From NCBI RefSeq assembly GCF_009914755.1, contig NC_060939.1: a stretch of DNA of 64,000 bases; one strand, written 5' to 3'. The notes beneath the pieces were generated by a model. That model made no database searches. It was not told the origin of the DNA and was given only the letters and a program-made list of their open reading frames with translations. Position 1 is the stretch's first letter, and the number at the start of each line of letters is the position of its first letter. Below, one piece after another: positions 13,621 through 26,392 of the stretch. A program made the translations under genes and the position numbers. Source of the DNA: the human T2T-CHM13v2.0 reference genome, Homo sapiens.

Positions 13621-15439
13621 TTCATGTATGCCTTGCCTCATTCCATCGGGACTTGCAGCAATTTATTACAGAAACACATGCCATGAATGGTAAACAAGAA
13701 GCAAAATGTACAGATTGAGGACCAGGGGAAATGCACATTAGAATATGAGTCAAGGCCAGGGGTGGGGAAGTGGACAACACATTATTAATAAACATGCCAT
13801 TAGGGACCTGCGTTAGGGTTGACGTTGATTAGGAAAGTTAATACGAAGCTTCCTAGCAGCAACGTGCAAAAGGAAACACAATAAATCATAAAGTCATTTT
13901 GTTGGAGAAGAGAAAATTGATCAGGTCTTCATGGGAAGGAATTCTTTTCCTGGCATTTGGCTCATACTGAATATCACTATTATAAATAGTAGCATGCATA
14001 TTCAGCGTGGTAAGCGTGAGAACTGCCTGTGACTTCAGCTTTTTAATCTTGTGGTGAGGGTGGAGTCATCTCTTAGATATGGCAGACTTCATGCTCTCCT
14101 CTATTAGAGGCAGTGCCTGGGTAGTCTTGAGGCCCTATGGGGGAAGGGACAATGGCTTACTCGTCCATAACCCGTGTCCAGCGCAGTGCCTGCAGTAGAG
14201 TTGACACTCAGCAATGCTGCTGAACTGATCAGAACGGAAGAAGATGGCCTCTTTCCTAGGTTAGCCCCAAACACCAAGCTTTCAGCAGAAGACACTACAG
14301 GTTGGCATCTTAAAAACACTTTGGCTGGGAGTCAGGTGGCTCCGTCTCTGCCAAGATTAGCTTTATGTGTGGACCCACGTTCCTTTACTTCTTTGAGCTT
14401 CCATTTTCATTGTTAAAATAATACCTCTGTTTGCCTCAGTGAGATAAGGGGTGTGAGAGCAGACATGAGACACTTCCGCCATTTGTCACCAGCCTTATGA
14501 GTCCCAGAGTTTACCAATGGAGTCTCTGGTCTGTTCATGAAGCAGCTGAGGAAGTTCTGGGGGAGGCAGGGTTATAAGGCTGGGGTGGGTGCCCATGTCG
14601 ACGAGAACAGCCCACCGCCTAAGGACCTGCCACATGCCCCCTCACAGAAGTGGGGTGGGGGTGTGGCTGGGCACAGGGGCAGGCGGGACGGTGAGACAAC
14701 AGACATCCTTTCCCTCACCACTGAAGCCCTTCGTATCATCGTGAATACATCCCAGATCAAAACAATTCCTATAATGCTAAATAAAGGCACGCTCTCGAAT
14801 GAGAGATCTAGAACTAATATTTAATCATTCCTTATAGCCTACTCTCTTGTGAATGTCTCTGTTTTGTTTCTGCGCTAGAGGCAAGCTTGTTAAGAGCTGA
14901 GACAGGACCTTCTTTGTCTCTCTACCCTTCAATCTTTAGTAAAAGGCCTACATGCAGTGGGTCGGCTGTGACATTGGCAAGTGCATGGTAAAGACAAGGT
15001 GCTCAGCTGATATCTATTTCACTAGGATATGGGATGTGGCGGAACCACTTTGAAATAGCCCTATCCCCACCTCTCAGACCAACCCCACTAGAAAATCTGC
15101 AAGCACATTTTTGTTCTGCTTAATCTGCTGGGCTCTTTGTAGTGTGCAAGTCATTTCTTGTTATCAGCGGAGTAGAAGTTTTCCTGATTAGGCTGCTACC
15201 CACTCATTTATTCATCCAATAACATTTATTTATGCAGTAGTTATTCTCTCAAGGCTGTGTGGGAGGCAATGGGAATGCAACAGTAATTGAGACAGACAGT
15301 ATCCCTGTGCTTAAGGCGCAAATGATCTATTGGGAGAGGCAGACTTCGACTAGAAATTTCATTTACCTAAACACTATGACATGCTTATTGTTATTGAATA
15401 TTATTATTATTGAATATTATGAATATTGAACATGTGTTC

Positions 15440-15600
15440 AATATTAACACATGGAACCCTCACAATAACCCTATGAGGTAGGCGCCATTTTAATCAACAT
15501 TTTAGAGATGGGGACAGTGAGACAGCTCACAGAAAGGTGAAGCAACTCACTCACGGTCACACAGGTAGTAAATAAGCCGGCATTTGCACCCAGGCCTCCC
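15440..15600. mobile_element. MIR
   Basis: ccctcacaataaccctatgaggtagg...cattttagagatggggacagtgag matches the MIR core. Confidence 0.7.
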
Positions 15601-17029
15601 AATTACCAGAGGAATAAGAATTATGGAAGTGGAAGTACACTGGGCCCTGGGGACTTATAGCAGGAACACCTAACAGAGTTGAAGGATCAGGGAAGGCCTC
15701 CCTGACTATTAGCTGATGTGTCAGATCATCATGTTTTGTGGTTATGAAGTGTTTGCCAGCATTTACTGTAAGCCAAGCCCCATGGCTGGCCCCTCTGAGG
15801 GATGCATGCATGTAGAGGGTATTGTCCACAGAGCACTTGGGGGTCCTGTAGATGCCAGTTTCCCCTGTTCTAGTTCTCTCCTAGCTTTTGGAAAAAGGTT
15901 ACCAGGCACCTGCTCACAGCCCTACCACTTCCCAAAGTGGGCAGAATCCAGTTGGACAGTTATCATTTCCTAGTTCATCAGCAAGGATTGGCACTAGTCT
16001 TGCAGCCCCAGGTCTGAGGGTGACACTCCGGGCTGAGGACCGTCCCTGGGGAGGTGTTTCTTATTGAGGCCAGGTCAGCCTCTGGCTTCTTGACAACTGG
16101 AAAACCTTCCTCCTGCAGGGTCCTGGTGCCTGGTGGGGCACTCGTGCCCTGTGTCCCGGTTGGTTGTTTGAGACCTGCTTCCTTCCCACCTTTCTGCTCA
16201 CCCTATTTCCACCTCATTGCCAGTCACTTTTCTAGTCTGCAACCTGTTTTGCCATGTTCTGCATCCACCTTGGACTTGGAGCTTGCATCTCAAGGTCCTC
16301 CGGGCTGAACTTACTGGAATTGGGCAGCATTTGACAGTCTTCTTTGGATGGGATCTCCTATCAGCTCTATAAGGGCTGTGCTGCTCATTTTCTGTTCACT
16401 CCCATCCCCACCCCAGAGTTCTGAGCTGGACTTCTCCGCCCTGCTGGGAGCCCTGCGAGGCTAACCTCATGGACTGCATACTTAGATTCCTGGAGGGGAA
16501 AAGGGATTCACCCCAGATAGTTCTAGTGAGGAAACTTTACTCATAGAGCTTTTAGAGGTGTGGAAAGGGTTATGGAAACAAATAAGGCAGGTGAGGCACC
16601 CAGACACTAGCAAAAGTGAGAAGCAGTCACCACCTCTATGGCTGTGAGGACAAGGGGGGATAATTGCACTCACAGAGCTCCATGGGGGCTGGAGCCGTGG
16701 AGCAAGAGCTACCTGGGAGGAACTGGGGTCTTGGAGGGATGCAGACATTGCCAGAAAAGGCCTTCTACCCCCGGGGAGGAGTTGGGGAGGGGTACTCCAG
16801 CCACCTTCCCCTCCCAACTGATAAGAAAGTCCATGGGGTTAGCGTGTAGAGGGTATGTACAGAGCACATGTACAGAGGATAGCGCAGGGCTGAGAAGGGC
16901 AAGTCAGATCTCTGGGGTGGGGATTCGGGTAAATGGGGAATAGCACCGCCTTTCTTCAGGTTTCCCTTCAATAGCCCATGTACAGGTGTGTTCTCACCAG
17001 GTTATAAGCTCCATGAGAATGGATTTTTT

Positions 17030-17905
<876 letters not shown>

Positions 17906-18298
17906 AATCAAGACTGAGGTTTTTGTTTTTGTTTTTTGGCCAATACTGATGTAGCTCAAGCACCTAGAACAATGTCTGGTACATAATAGATTCTCAACAA
18001 ATGCCCCTATCTGCCCCGTCCCGTCACTCTGAGCTGGGCACCACCTTAGAGTGGTGACTTCAGAATCCTTCCTAAGTCTGGTGATCTGACCCACGCAGAG
18101 GGCTCTAATGCCATGTCTGGGGTGCCTTGTGAGGATTCCAGCTGTGCTCTCTCTGTGTGGAGGGTGAACCTAATACTTCAGGCAGCCTTGGCTTCAGGTG
18201 TACCAGTGAGGGTGGGAGATGGGGCAAGAACTGTGAGTGACAGCCATGTGCAAGACACAGGCCTCATGTTTCTTTTTGCCCTTGAACTCCCTCTGCAG

Positions 18299-18458
18299 GT
18301 GGCTCCATGCTAATCTCTGCAGTCTGCTGCTTCTTCCTGTTTTTTGGCAACAGTGAGTCTGCAATGATCGGCTGGCAGTGCCTGTTCTGTGGGACAAGCA
18401 TTGCAGCCTGGAATGCTCTGGATGTGATCACAGTGGAGCTGTATCCCACCAACCAGAG
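18299..18458 (+). CDS. SV2B: SV2B penultimate coding exon (160 nt)
   Basis: Acceptor ctccctctgcag|GT, donor GAG|gtcagt. Translates (G)GSMLISAVCCFFLFFGNSESAMIGWQCLFCGTSIAAWNALDVITVELYPTNQ(R), with the sugar-porter-like ELYPT motif. Confidence 0.97.
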
Positions 18459-19542
18459 GTCAGTTCTTCCCCAGGCTTTCCTCAGGGACTTGTTTGGGCT
18501 TCTTTGGCCAGAAGTCTACCTGCTCCCTAAATCTCATGCTGTGCATGGCCATCGTGGTCTTTCTGCTGTTCCGTGAAACAAACATCTTTTATGTTGAGCT
18601 TCTCCTGCATGGTGGATGGCATAGACCTGAAAGTTGGCAGGCTAGGGCTTGGATAGGGTGGGAAAGATGGCAAGAAGCAAAGGATGGGAGCAAACTATGT
18701 CCAGGAGAAGGAAATAAGAGTGAAAAGTTGGTAAAACCATATGTGTCATGTAATCCACAAGAGAGAACAGACCTTCAAGGGGAGATAAGGCAAAAAAGTG
18801 AAGAGCTGGAATAGCACAGGGTGGGGGCAAGGAGAGAAATAAAGGTCGGGAGGCAGCATGAAGTCCAGGGAATCTGCAGAGAATGTGGCAGGGAGGCCCA
18901 GGGGTTACTTTTATTTTGCACAGGTCGTATATGGGAAGAGGCCTTGTTTAAAGGCATAGGATCAAGGCCATTACTTAGTAATTGTTTTTCTTCGTGGAGG
19001 GGAATTGTAAAGTTTAAAGGAGAAGATAAGAGGCCCTGTGGTCAAAAAGGAATGTGAAGAGGTAAGGAAGGTGGGTAAATGAAATTCTGCAAAAACCTTA
19101 ATGATATTTCCAAAATTGGCGACAGAGGTATTGGGATATAGATAACTAAGGAAGAGCACAACGTGTCATATTTGGAGCCCCTCTCATTTGAATCAAAGAA
19201 CTGCTAAGTTTTACACAAAATAACAGGAGGACAAATGATTATTATTTGAATATGATGTGATTTTACATCTAGGAATCCTAAGAGAATTAACTTATGAGAC
19301 CACTATAGACAAAAAGACAATGTGGTCAGGTGGTCAGTAATAAAACGAAATTATGTATAGGTTTTAAAATATATCGAAAAAGTTAAAGATGCAATTGATA
19401 TCCATTTAATAATGGCAGACGTCATAAAATAATTAGGGATCAACTTGACAAGTGAAACACTCAAATGAAGAAAACCATAAAGCTTTACTAAGAGATATAA
19501 AAAAAGACACATAAGAGAAGATAAATATATGCCAACTCAGTG

Positions 19543-19797
19543 ATTTGGGAGGCCGAGGCAAAAGGATTGCTTGAAGGCTGGAGTTCAAGATCAGCCTGGG
19601 CAATACAGTGAGACCCCTATCTCTACAGAATATATTAGACAATTAGCCAGGCATAGTGGCATGTGCCTGTAGTCCTAGCTGCTCAGGAGGCTGAGGGGGA
19701 GAGCTGCGAGAGCCCCGGGGTTTCAGGGTTACAGTGAGCTAGGATCACAACACTGCACACCAACCTGGGTGACAGAGACAGACCCTGTCTCAGAAAA
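19543..19797 (+). mobile_element. AluJ, 5'-truncated, followed by an AT-rich low-complexity tract (19798-19900)
   Basis: Diverged Alu consensus, embedded in old L1M-like A-rich sequence. Confidence 0.88.
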
Positions 19798-20349
19798 TGT
19801 ATATATTTATGGATTATATATTTATATATAATTATGATAATACATATAATTAATAACATATAATTAGTATACATTATTATATATAAATATATATATTTAA
19901 AAGACAAGATATACCTAATTTTGGATAAGAAGATTCAATCTTACAAAAACGTCAATTTTTATTTAGTTTTTTTTCTAACATAAAATAATTCATTCAAAAT
20001 TCAACAAGTTTTTTTTCCCCTCTGGGAACTTGAAAAAAGTTTATTTAAAAAAGGACATATGTTAAAAGATCCAAGAAAATACAAAAACAAAGATACTAAG
20101 ACAAACAAAAAAGACTGGGTTGATGAATATAAAGCTACAGTGTGGTACAGTTATAGACAAAAATGAAAGAAGAGTTTTAAGAACAAAAATATACCCACAC
20201 TCTTAATAAACTTGTGGTATGAGAAAGAAACGCTTTATTTCAGTTGGGGAGAGGTAGCATTGGGAATATTGCCTCTGCATACAGATGGGGTCATGAAAGA
20301 ATAAATGATTAGTAATAGTTCTCACTGGAAAGTGTGATTGAAAGATCAT

Positions 20350-20745
20350 AATTAGGATTAGGTTTTGCTGTTGCTGACAGCAACCTCAGGTAACTGTGGT
20401 CTTAAGAAGGTTAAGCATTGCATTTTTCTTTCCTGAAAAAGTCTAGAGTGGGTGGTGCAGGCTCTTTCTATCTCATTGTTTTTCCTTGCATGGACTCATC
20501 ATGGTCCAAAATGAAACCATCTGTGTTCCATCATGAAGCAGGATAGAAGGAAAAGAATGAAGGGGAACAGAGCAAAAGGCCCACCCGCAACGTCTCTTAC
20601 GGAAGCTTCTTGGGAACTGCTGCCACTTGCACTTACATCCCATTGGCCAAAACTAAGTCACATGGCCATGCTCAGCAGCAAATCAGTCTGGGAAATGTAG
20701 TCCTACATTTGGGGAAATGCTGTTTGTGGGCAACTGGCAGTCTCT
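20350..20745. mobile_element. MLT1 (J/K/L-like) MaLR LTR
   Basis: cacttacatcccattggccaaaactaagtcacatggcca...ctgggaaatgtagtc is a typical MLT1 block. Confidence 0.75.
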
Positions 20746-21146
20746 GCTTCAGGAGGGTTGAGAGTGTTAAAAGGGGGAACACTTACACTTTCTGCTTTGT
20801 ATACTTCTTCATCCTTTCAAGATTTCCATAGTAAGCATGTAGTACCTATAAAAATGTTTTAAATAGATATCTTTGAAAAAAAAACAAAAAAGAAAAACAC
20901 TTGAAGAAAATACTTCAAAATGTTAATAGAGGTGATTGTGTCTCGGTGAAGAGGTTAGATATCCATGCATCTTTATATTATTCTGTATTTCCAAATTTGA
21001 CTACAATGAGAATGTGTTATTTTTATATTTAGGAAAAAAAACTCCCTTGCACCCTCTTCCCCCTGCAATAAGGAAAAGAAAGAGCCCAGTCCTGTTCATC
21101 TAATGTGGTTCAGAATGTCAGAATTATTTCCATTCCTCTTTTACAG

Positions 21147-21330
21147 AGCAACAGCCTTCGGCATTCTCAATGGATTATGCAAATTTGGCGCCATCCTGGG
21201 AAACACCATCTTTGCTTCTTTTGTTGGGATAACCAAAGTGGTCCCCATCCTTCTGGCTGCTGCTTCTCTGGTTGGGGGTGGCCTGATTGCCCTTCGACTG
21301 CCAGAGACTCGAGAACAGGTCCTGATGTGA
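21147..21330 (+). CDS. SV2B: SV2B terminal coding exon, CDS part, ending at TGA
   Basis: Acceptor cctcttttacag|A. Translates (R)ATAFGILNGLCKFGAILGNTIFASFVGITKVVPILLAAASLVGGGLIALRLPETREQVLM*, the recognised SV2B C-terminus. TGA at 21328-21330. Confidence 0.98.
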
Positions 21331-24157
21331 ACAACCTATGGGAAAAGGAAAGGTCGAGAGAATCTTGTCCAGGACACTGAAATGCATCCACACTTCCTGC
21401 CTATCACGGTCCGGAGGACACCTTGGATAGCACGGGAGGAGAAGTTGACTTTGTGACCCCTAGTTTAGGACCCACTTCAGCTGTCAATATGTTTGTAACT
21501 CAGGTGACTGATTTGGGGGTGCCCTGAGCCACCCTTAGAATCACAGAGCTGCGTGTTTAACTTCAAGTCTTCCCAGTCCAAGGCAGGGAGAGGATTCTCC
21601 AGTGAGTGCACACACTATGCGAGGAGCAAGCATTTCTCTAAGTCAAGTGCAAGGACTTAACTTGCGTTTGAAAAGGAATTAGAGGGTCAGAAACACCCAG
21701 GTTCCTCCAGAAAGCTCCTTGGAGCCCAACAACTTAACAAATCAACTTGGCTGGAAGTTAGAGTCATTATATGAAGATTGGGCTTGAAGTATATATTTTT
21801 GCATTTAAAAGTATCACCTATCATATTTTCCACTCGAAAATTGACATAGTAGCATTGAGGATACTCTGATCTAGAAAGCCAAGTATTTGAGCAACATCTA
21901 TAGAGATCTACTTTTCTCCTATGTCTCCTAGGCTTTCCATGATAATTAGGTAATACATTTAAGAAGGATATTTATTTCTGTTTTGCTCTATTCAAAGAAA
22001 CGGAATGGGATAGTTATTCTGTAAACTAAGTTTGTATATAACTTTATTTGGGTTTAATTTCCACAACTGGTATCTGCAAATATTGCCAGCATTTTAGCCA
22101 TATTTTGGGAGAACTTGGTGTTTGAGGTCCCAGGAAATGAGGTCTGATCAAATGAAATGCAAGCACAATTTCTTACAGCCATTTAACTTTCTGTTGGGAG
22201 GATGAATTAACAAACTCACATTGTGCAGTCCGCTTAATCCAGGCACTTTTCTTTGTGCAGGTGTAGTGAGTAGTTACTTCTCTCCCTTACACAGATGACT
22301 TGTGAAACTCAAGCTCACCATCTTCAGTGCTGGCATTTTACTTTGCCACTACCCAAAAACAATGTGAGATGTGTTCAGTGGCCTCTGGTACTCTTTGCAG
22401 GCAAGAATCAAACAACATGGGGACTGAGGGAAGGATGGGGAAGTGTAGCCACAGTTCTTCCAAATGTAAATACTTTTTGTTTGTTCTAGTGGTAAAATGC
22501 AAATGCAATCCATATTTGTTAGGATGGTCAGGTCTCATGAGAAATCTATGCTATGTGTCCAGAGCTTTTGAAACAGAGTCCATTGGAGTGGGAGTTAGGG
22601 AGTGTAGTGGATGCCAAATATGTTTTTCTTCAGTGCTTAAGAGAACTGTTTCCTGAAGTCCAGCTTTGAACATAAACAGGGGTGTGGGTTGGGGGAGGAG
22701 CTTAGGACAAACCTCTCTGATGAAGGTCAGCAATAGACTGAAGTCTTGACTGCATGGAAGAGGAAAAACATCAGAACTGTCTGACAATGGAGGGGACAGT
22801 GAGCTACGCACAACTGCCAGCGGAGGTGAACTTGCACCTGCCCAGGCCGGATGAACATCAGCCTGCAAGAACTAGTTGTTTGAGTTGATTTGCAGTGCTC
22901 TCAATGGGCAAGTGCCACATTTTCCCTGGCAGAGATCTCCAAAAATTTAAAACAGAATAATAATGGCTATATCGAGTGTTTTCTCAGTATTGGAGAAATG
23001 CTTAGGTCCTATGATAGCTTCGGGACATCTTTCTGTAATTTTCCTCAATTAACGGGTTGGTAGGGGTAAATCTTATGACACCTTTCCACCGTCGATTTGA
23101 GATCAGTTTTAATGGTTAAAATGTTTACTCTCCTTCTGTCAACCCTCACCTTTTTATTTACACCCCTCCCTTTTTTTCTGTACAGGGAGAGAAGACATAT
23201 TGACTCTGACTGGACACCCTGATTCCTCCAAATATATATACCACTGTGTATTAATCTTTCTCTCAGTGTTTTATAGGAGTACTAACATTTATTGCTCTGT
23301 CAATAATGAAAGGCTCGATGTAATATAGCTGTAATTTACTTTCCATATGAATACAGTGGCTAGGTTCATAAAAGAGAATTGTGTGAGTCTGGGATTACCA
23401 CATCTAAAACATTATTCTTTAATGGGATAATACAATTCATTGAGCAGCTACCACTTAAAAAACTTGCAGGACAGTTAGAGCCTGCATTTCTAGTTAAGAT
23501 GGATCTTGTAAATTTAAAATTGGATTAACATTGGAGTGCTGGGGTGGCTGCAATAATTTGGGGGCTAACTCCATTTGGTTTCCAAGATCTCACTTCTGCA
23601 TTATCTTTATGGCTCTTTAAACCAGCCACCTAGCCAATCAAGGGCAATTCCCATCTCATCCATCACTCAGGTCTTTGTAAAGGGTGCAGCCAAGCTCTGC
23701 AGACTTTTGCAGGATTGTCTAGCCTGAGTACCGGGCTACTTCTTAAATGCCGTCACTCCTGCTGAGATAAATGCGTCTTTAAAAATAGTCTCTGTGGCAG
23801 GTCACTGGGGGACAATGTACAGCATTCTGGCCATCCACTTCTTTTTCACTTCATGTTCTACCCCAAGAGACTCCCGATGTCGGCTGTGGAGGGTTAAAGG
23901 GATGAGGCTTTCCTTTGTTTAGCAAATCTGTTCACAGTTCTTGATGATGTATTTTATGATGCCCAGCTTGGAAATAGTTGCTTTCCATAGTCTCAACTGT
24001 ATTGTGTCATCTCCTGATGCTGATTTTTGATCTTTTGTTTTATTAAAAATAATTAGTGAAAGAGGTGTGCCTATCTGTGAAGTTTGTAGTACATCATCCT
24101 GAGGTCATGTAACAAGTAAACCCCAACCCAGCGTTCCCTCCTACGTTGTGTTAGTTC

Positions 24158-24176
24158 ATTAAAACTAAATAATAAA
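24158..24176 (+). terminator. Proximal poly(A) signal cluster (ATTAAA 24158-24163, AATAAA 24171-24176)
   Basis: Tandem hexamers with upstream TGTA motifs and another ATTAAA at 24042. They lie at the end of the repeat-poor UTR segment. Confidence 0.7.
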
Positions 24177-25069
24177 AATAACTGTAAGAAAACCTTAAGG
24201 ACTGGGGTTAGAGATTATTTTCAGGCACTAAGGTCTCTTCTGTATTCCAAAATTGATTGAATCAGCTGGGAGAAACATTGAGAATCGCTTCCTTCAACTT
24301 TTATTTTGCAACATGGGGACCTTGAGAGGTTAAACGATGTGGCCCAGGTTACATGTAATGTGAGGAGTGGGCGAGAAGGCCTAAGGTGATGCTCTCATGA
24401 CAGTTCTGGGGAAGCCTGCAGTTTGGGGAATGGGACAATGTGACAAATACTCGCCATTCCCTGAGACCATTCATTGACTATTCCCTTGATGGCTTTACTA
24501 TAATGAGAGGAAGCATCAGTTTAAACATAAAAAGATTAGTATTTATCCATCCATTTATTCATTCAGCAAATCCTTATTGAGCCCTGACCATGGGCCAGTC
24601 TCTGTGCCAAGCCCTGGGGACACAGTGATGAAAAAACTGGCCACAGTTTCTGCTTCCTGCCTCATTCCACTTGCAGTGAGCGGATATTAAATTGGCCATA
24701 AACACCGAGTACGATGACCTTACAATCCGCAAACTGCACCTTTCATGTGTAAAAGGATTGCTACTACTTTACTTGTCAGCTGTGGATTTCCAAATGTGGT
24801 GGCTCCCTCTTATTTTTTTTTCTTTGAGGAGTGTACCAATTTTTTATCTTTATAAACCAGGTAAGGGAAATGATGCCCTTGCCCATTTTCTACAGACCTA
24901 ATCGATTTTTACCTAATCAGTTTTACAGAAAGGGTTACATGGAAGAAGAGATAGGGGCCAGGAATGCAAGAGGGACATTGGTGAGTGGGGTAAGAATCCC
25001 CGTAGCCCTGGGAAAGGTGTCTCCACTTCCACATCTGGCTTTTCTAGGGGGCATCTGTGCTAACTGACC

Positions 25070-26200
25070 TGGGATTATGTTGGATGGCATATGACTGCAA
25101 ATTCAAAGAAACCAATTTATAATAAGTTTATAGTAAGTTAAAGGTTTGTTTTACTCTCATGTGAAGGGAATCTGGAGGAAGGAAAGCCAGGGCTGGAGTG
25201 GCTGCCTTTGATCATGGGAGCACACTCCTTCTGCCCGATCATTGGGAGCACACTCCTTCTGCCTGATCGTTGGGAGCACACTCCTGCCTGATCATGGGCG
25301 CACGTTCCTTCTGCCTGATCGTTGGGAGCACACTCCTTCTGCCTGATCATGGGAGCACACTCCTTCTGCCTGATCATTGGGAGCACGCTCCTTCTGCCTG
25401 ATCGTTGGGAGCACACTCTTTCTGCCTGATCGTTGGGAGCACACCCCTTCTGCCTGATCATTGGGAGCACACTCCTTCTGCCTGATCATGGGCACACGCT
25501 CCTTCTGCCCGATCATGGGCACACGCTCCTTCTGCCCGATCGTTGGGAGCACACTCCTTCTGCCCAATCATTGGGCTCACGCTCCTTCTGCCCGATCGCT
25601 GGGCTCACGCTCCTTCTGCCCGATCTTGGGCGCACGCTCCTTCTGCCCGATCGTTGGGCGCACGCTCCTTCTGCCCGATCGTTGGGCGCATGCTCCTTCT
25701 GCCCGATCGTTGGGAGCACGCTCATTCTGCCCGATTGTTGGGAGCACGCTCCTTCTGCCCGATCGTTGGGCGCACGCTCCTTCTGCCCGATCGTTGGGCG
25801 CACGCTTCTTCTGCCTGATCGTTGGGCGCACGCTCCTTCTGCCTGATCGTTGGGCGCACGCTCCTTCTGCCTGATCGTTGGGAGCACGCTCCTTCTGCCT
25901 GATTGTTGGAAGCACGCTCCTTCTGCCTTCAGACTCCTTGATTTTTAGTGCAGTTTCCATCACTGAGGCTGCCTCATGGGCTGAGATGGCTGTTGAAGCA
26001 CTGAACCTCACATCCACAATTCAGGCAGGAAGCAGAAGGAAGGGCAATGGGCAAAGGGGCTGTGCCTTGCAGCCGATCCAGCCTCCCTTTGCTGCAGAGG
26101 AGGCAGGGAAATGCGGTATTTACTGGGAACATTGCTGCCCCTCCTCCAAATTGAGGGTCTTGGCTCGAAGGACAAAAGCCAGAAAGGATAGGTGGATTAG
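25070..26200. mobile_element. MLT1 (K/L-like) LTR split by the VNTR
   Basis: Left flank ggtttgttttactctcatg...ccagggctgg and right flank agatggctg...cctcacatccacaattcaggcaggaag resemble MLT1. Confidence 0.55.
25210..25928. repeat. Minisatellite/VNTR, 26 units of 25-28 bp, consensus GATCGTTGGG(A/C)GCAC(A/G)CTCCTTCTGCC(C/T)
   Basis: Counted unit by unit from 25210 to 25928. Units are head-to-tail with no spacers. Confidence 0.98.
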
Positions 26201-26392
26201 TGCTTCTTAAACTTTTGCGTGCATCAGAATCACCCAGAAAGATGTTAAAACTCACTCTTCAAGGCCCCATCCCCAGAGATTCGGATTCTGGGGATTTGGA
26301 ATCTGGGGTGGGGTCTGAAGAATCTGCATTTTTTAACAAACTCCCAGGTGACATAGATGGCATCAATTCTCAAGCCATATTTTGAGTAGCAC
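26200..26392. mobile_element. MER5A/B hAT-Charlie MITE
   Basis: agtgcttcttaaactttt gcgtgcatcagaatcacc...aatctgcattttttaacaaactcccaggtga...tttgagtagcactg. Confidence 0.8.

Noticed and set aside
18459-18576. In-frame read-through of the penultimate exon into the intron (alternative C-terminus)
   Set aside because: A 39-codon open stretch is expected by chance, the donor is adequate, and no nearby poly(A) signal supports a terminal exon.
25210-25928. CRISPR-like array (28-bp partly palindromic repeats)
   Set aside because: Units are directly head-to-tail with no unique spacers, there are no cas genes, and the context is a mammalian gene. It is a minisatellite.
25138-26210. Overlapping 90-146 aa ORFs on both strands
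   Set aside because: These are periodic translations of a stop-poor tandem repeat with no coding evidence.
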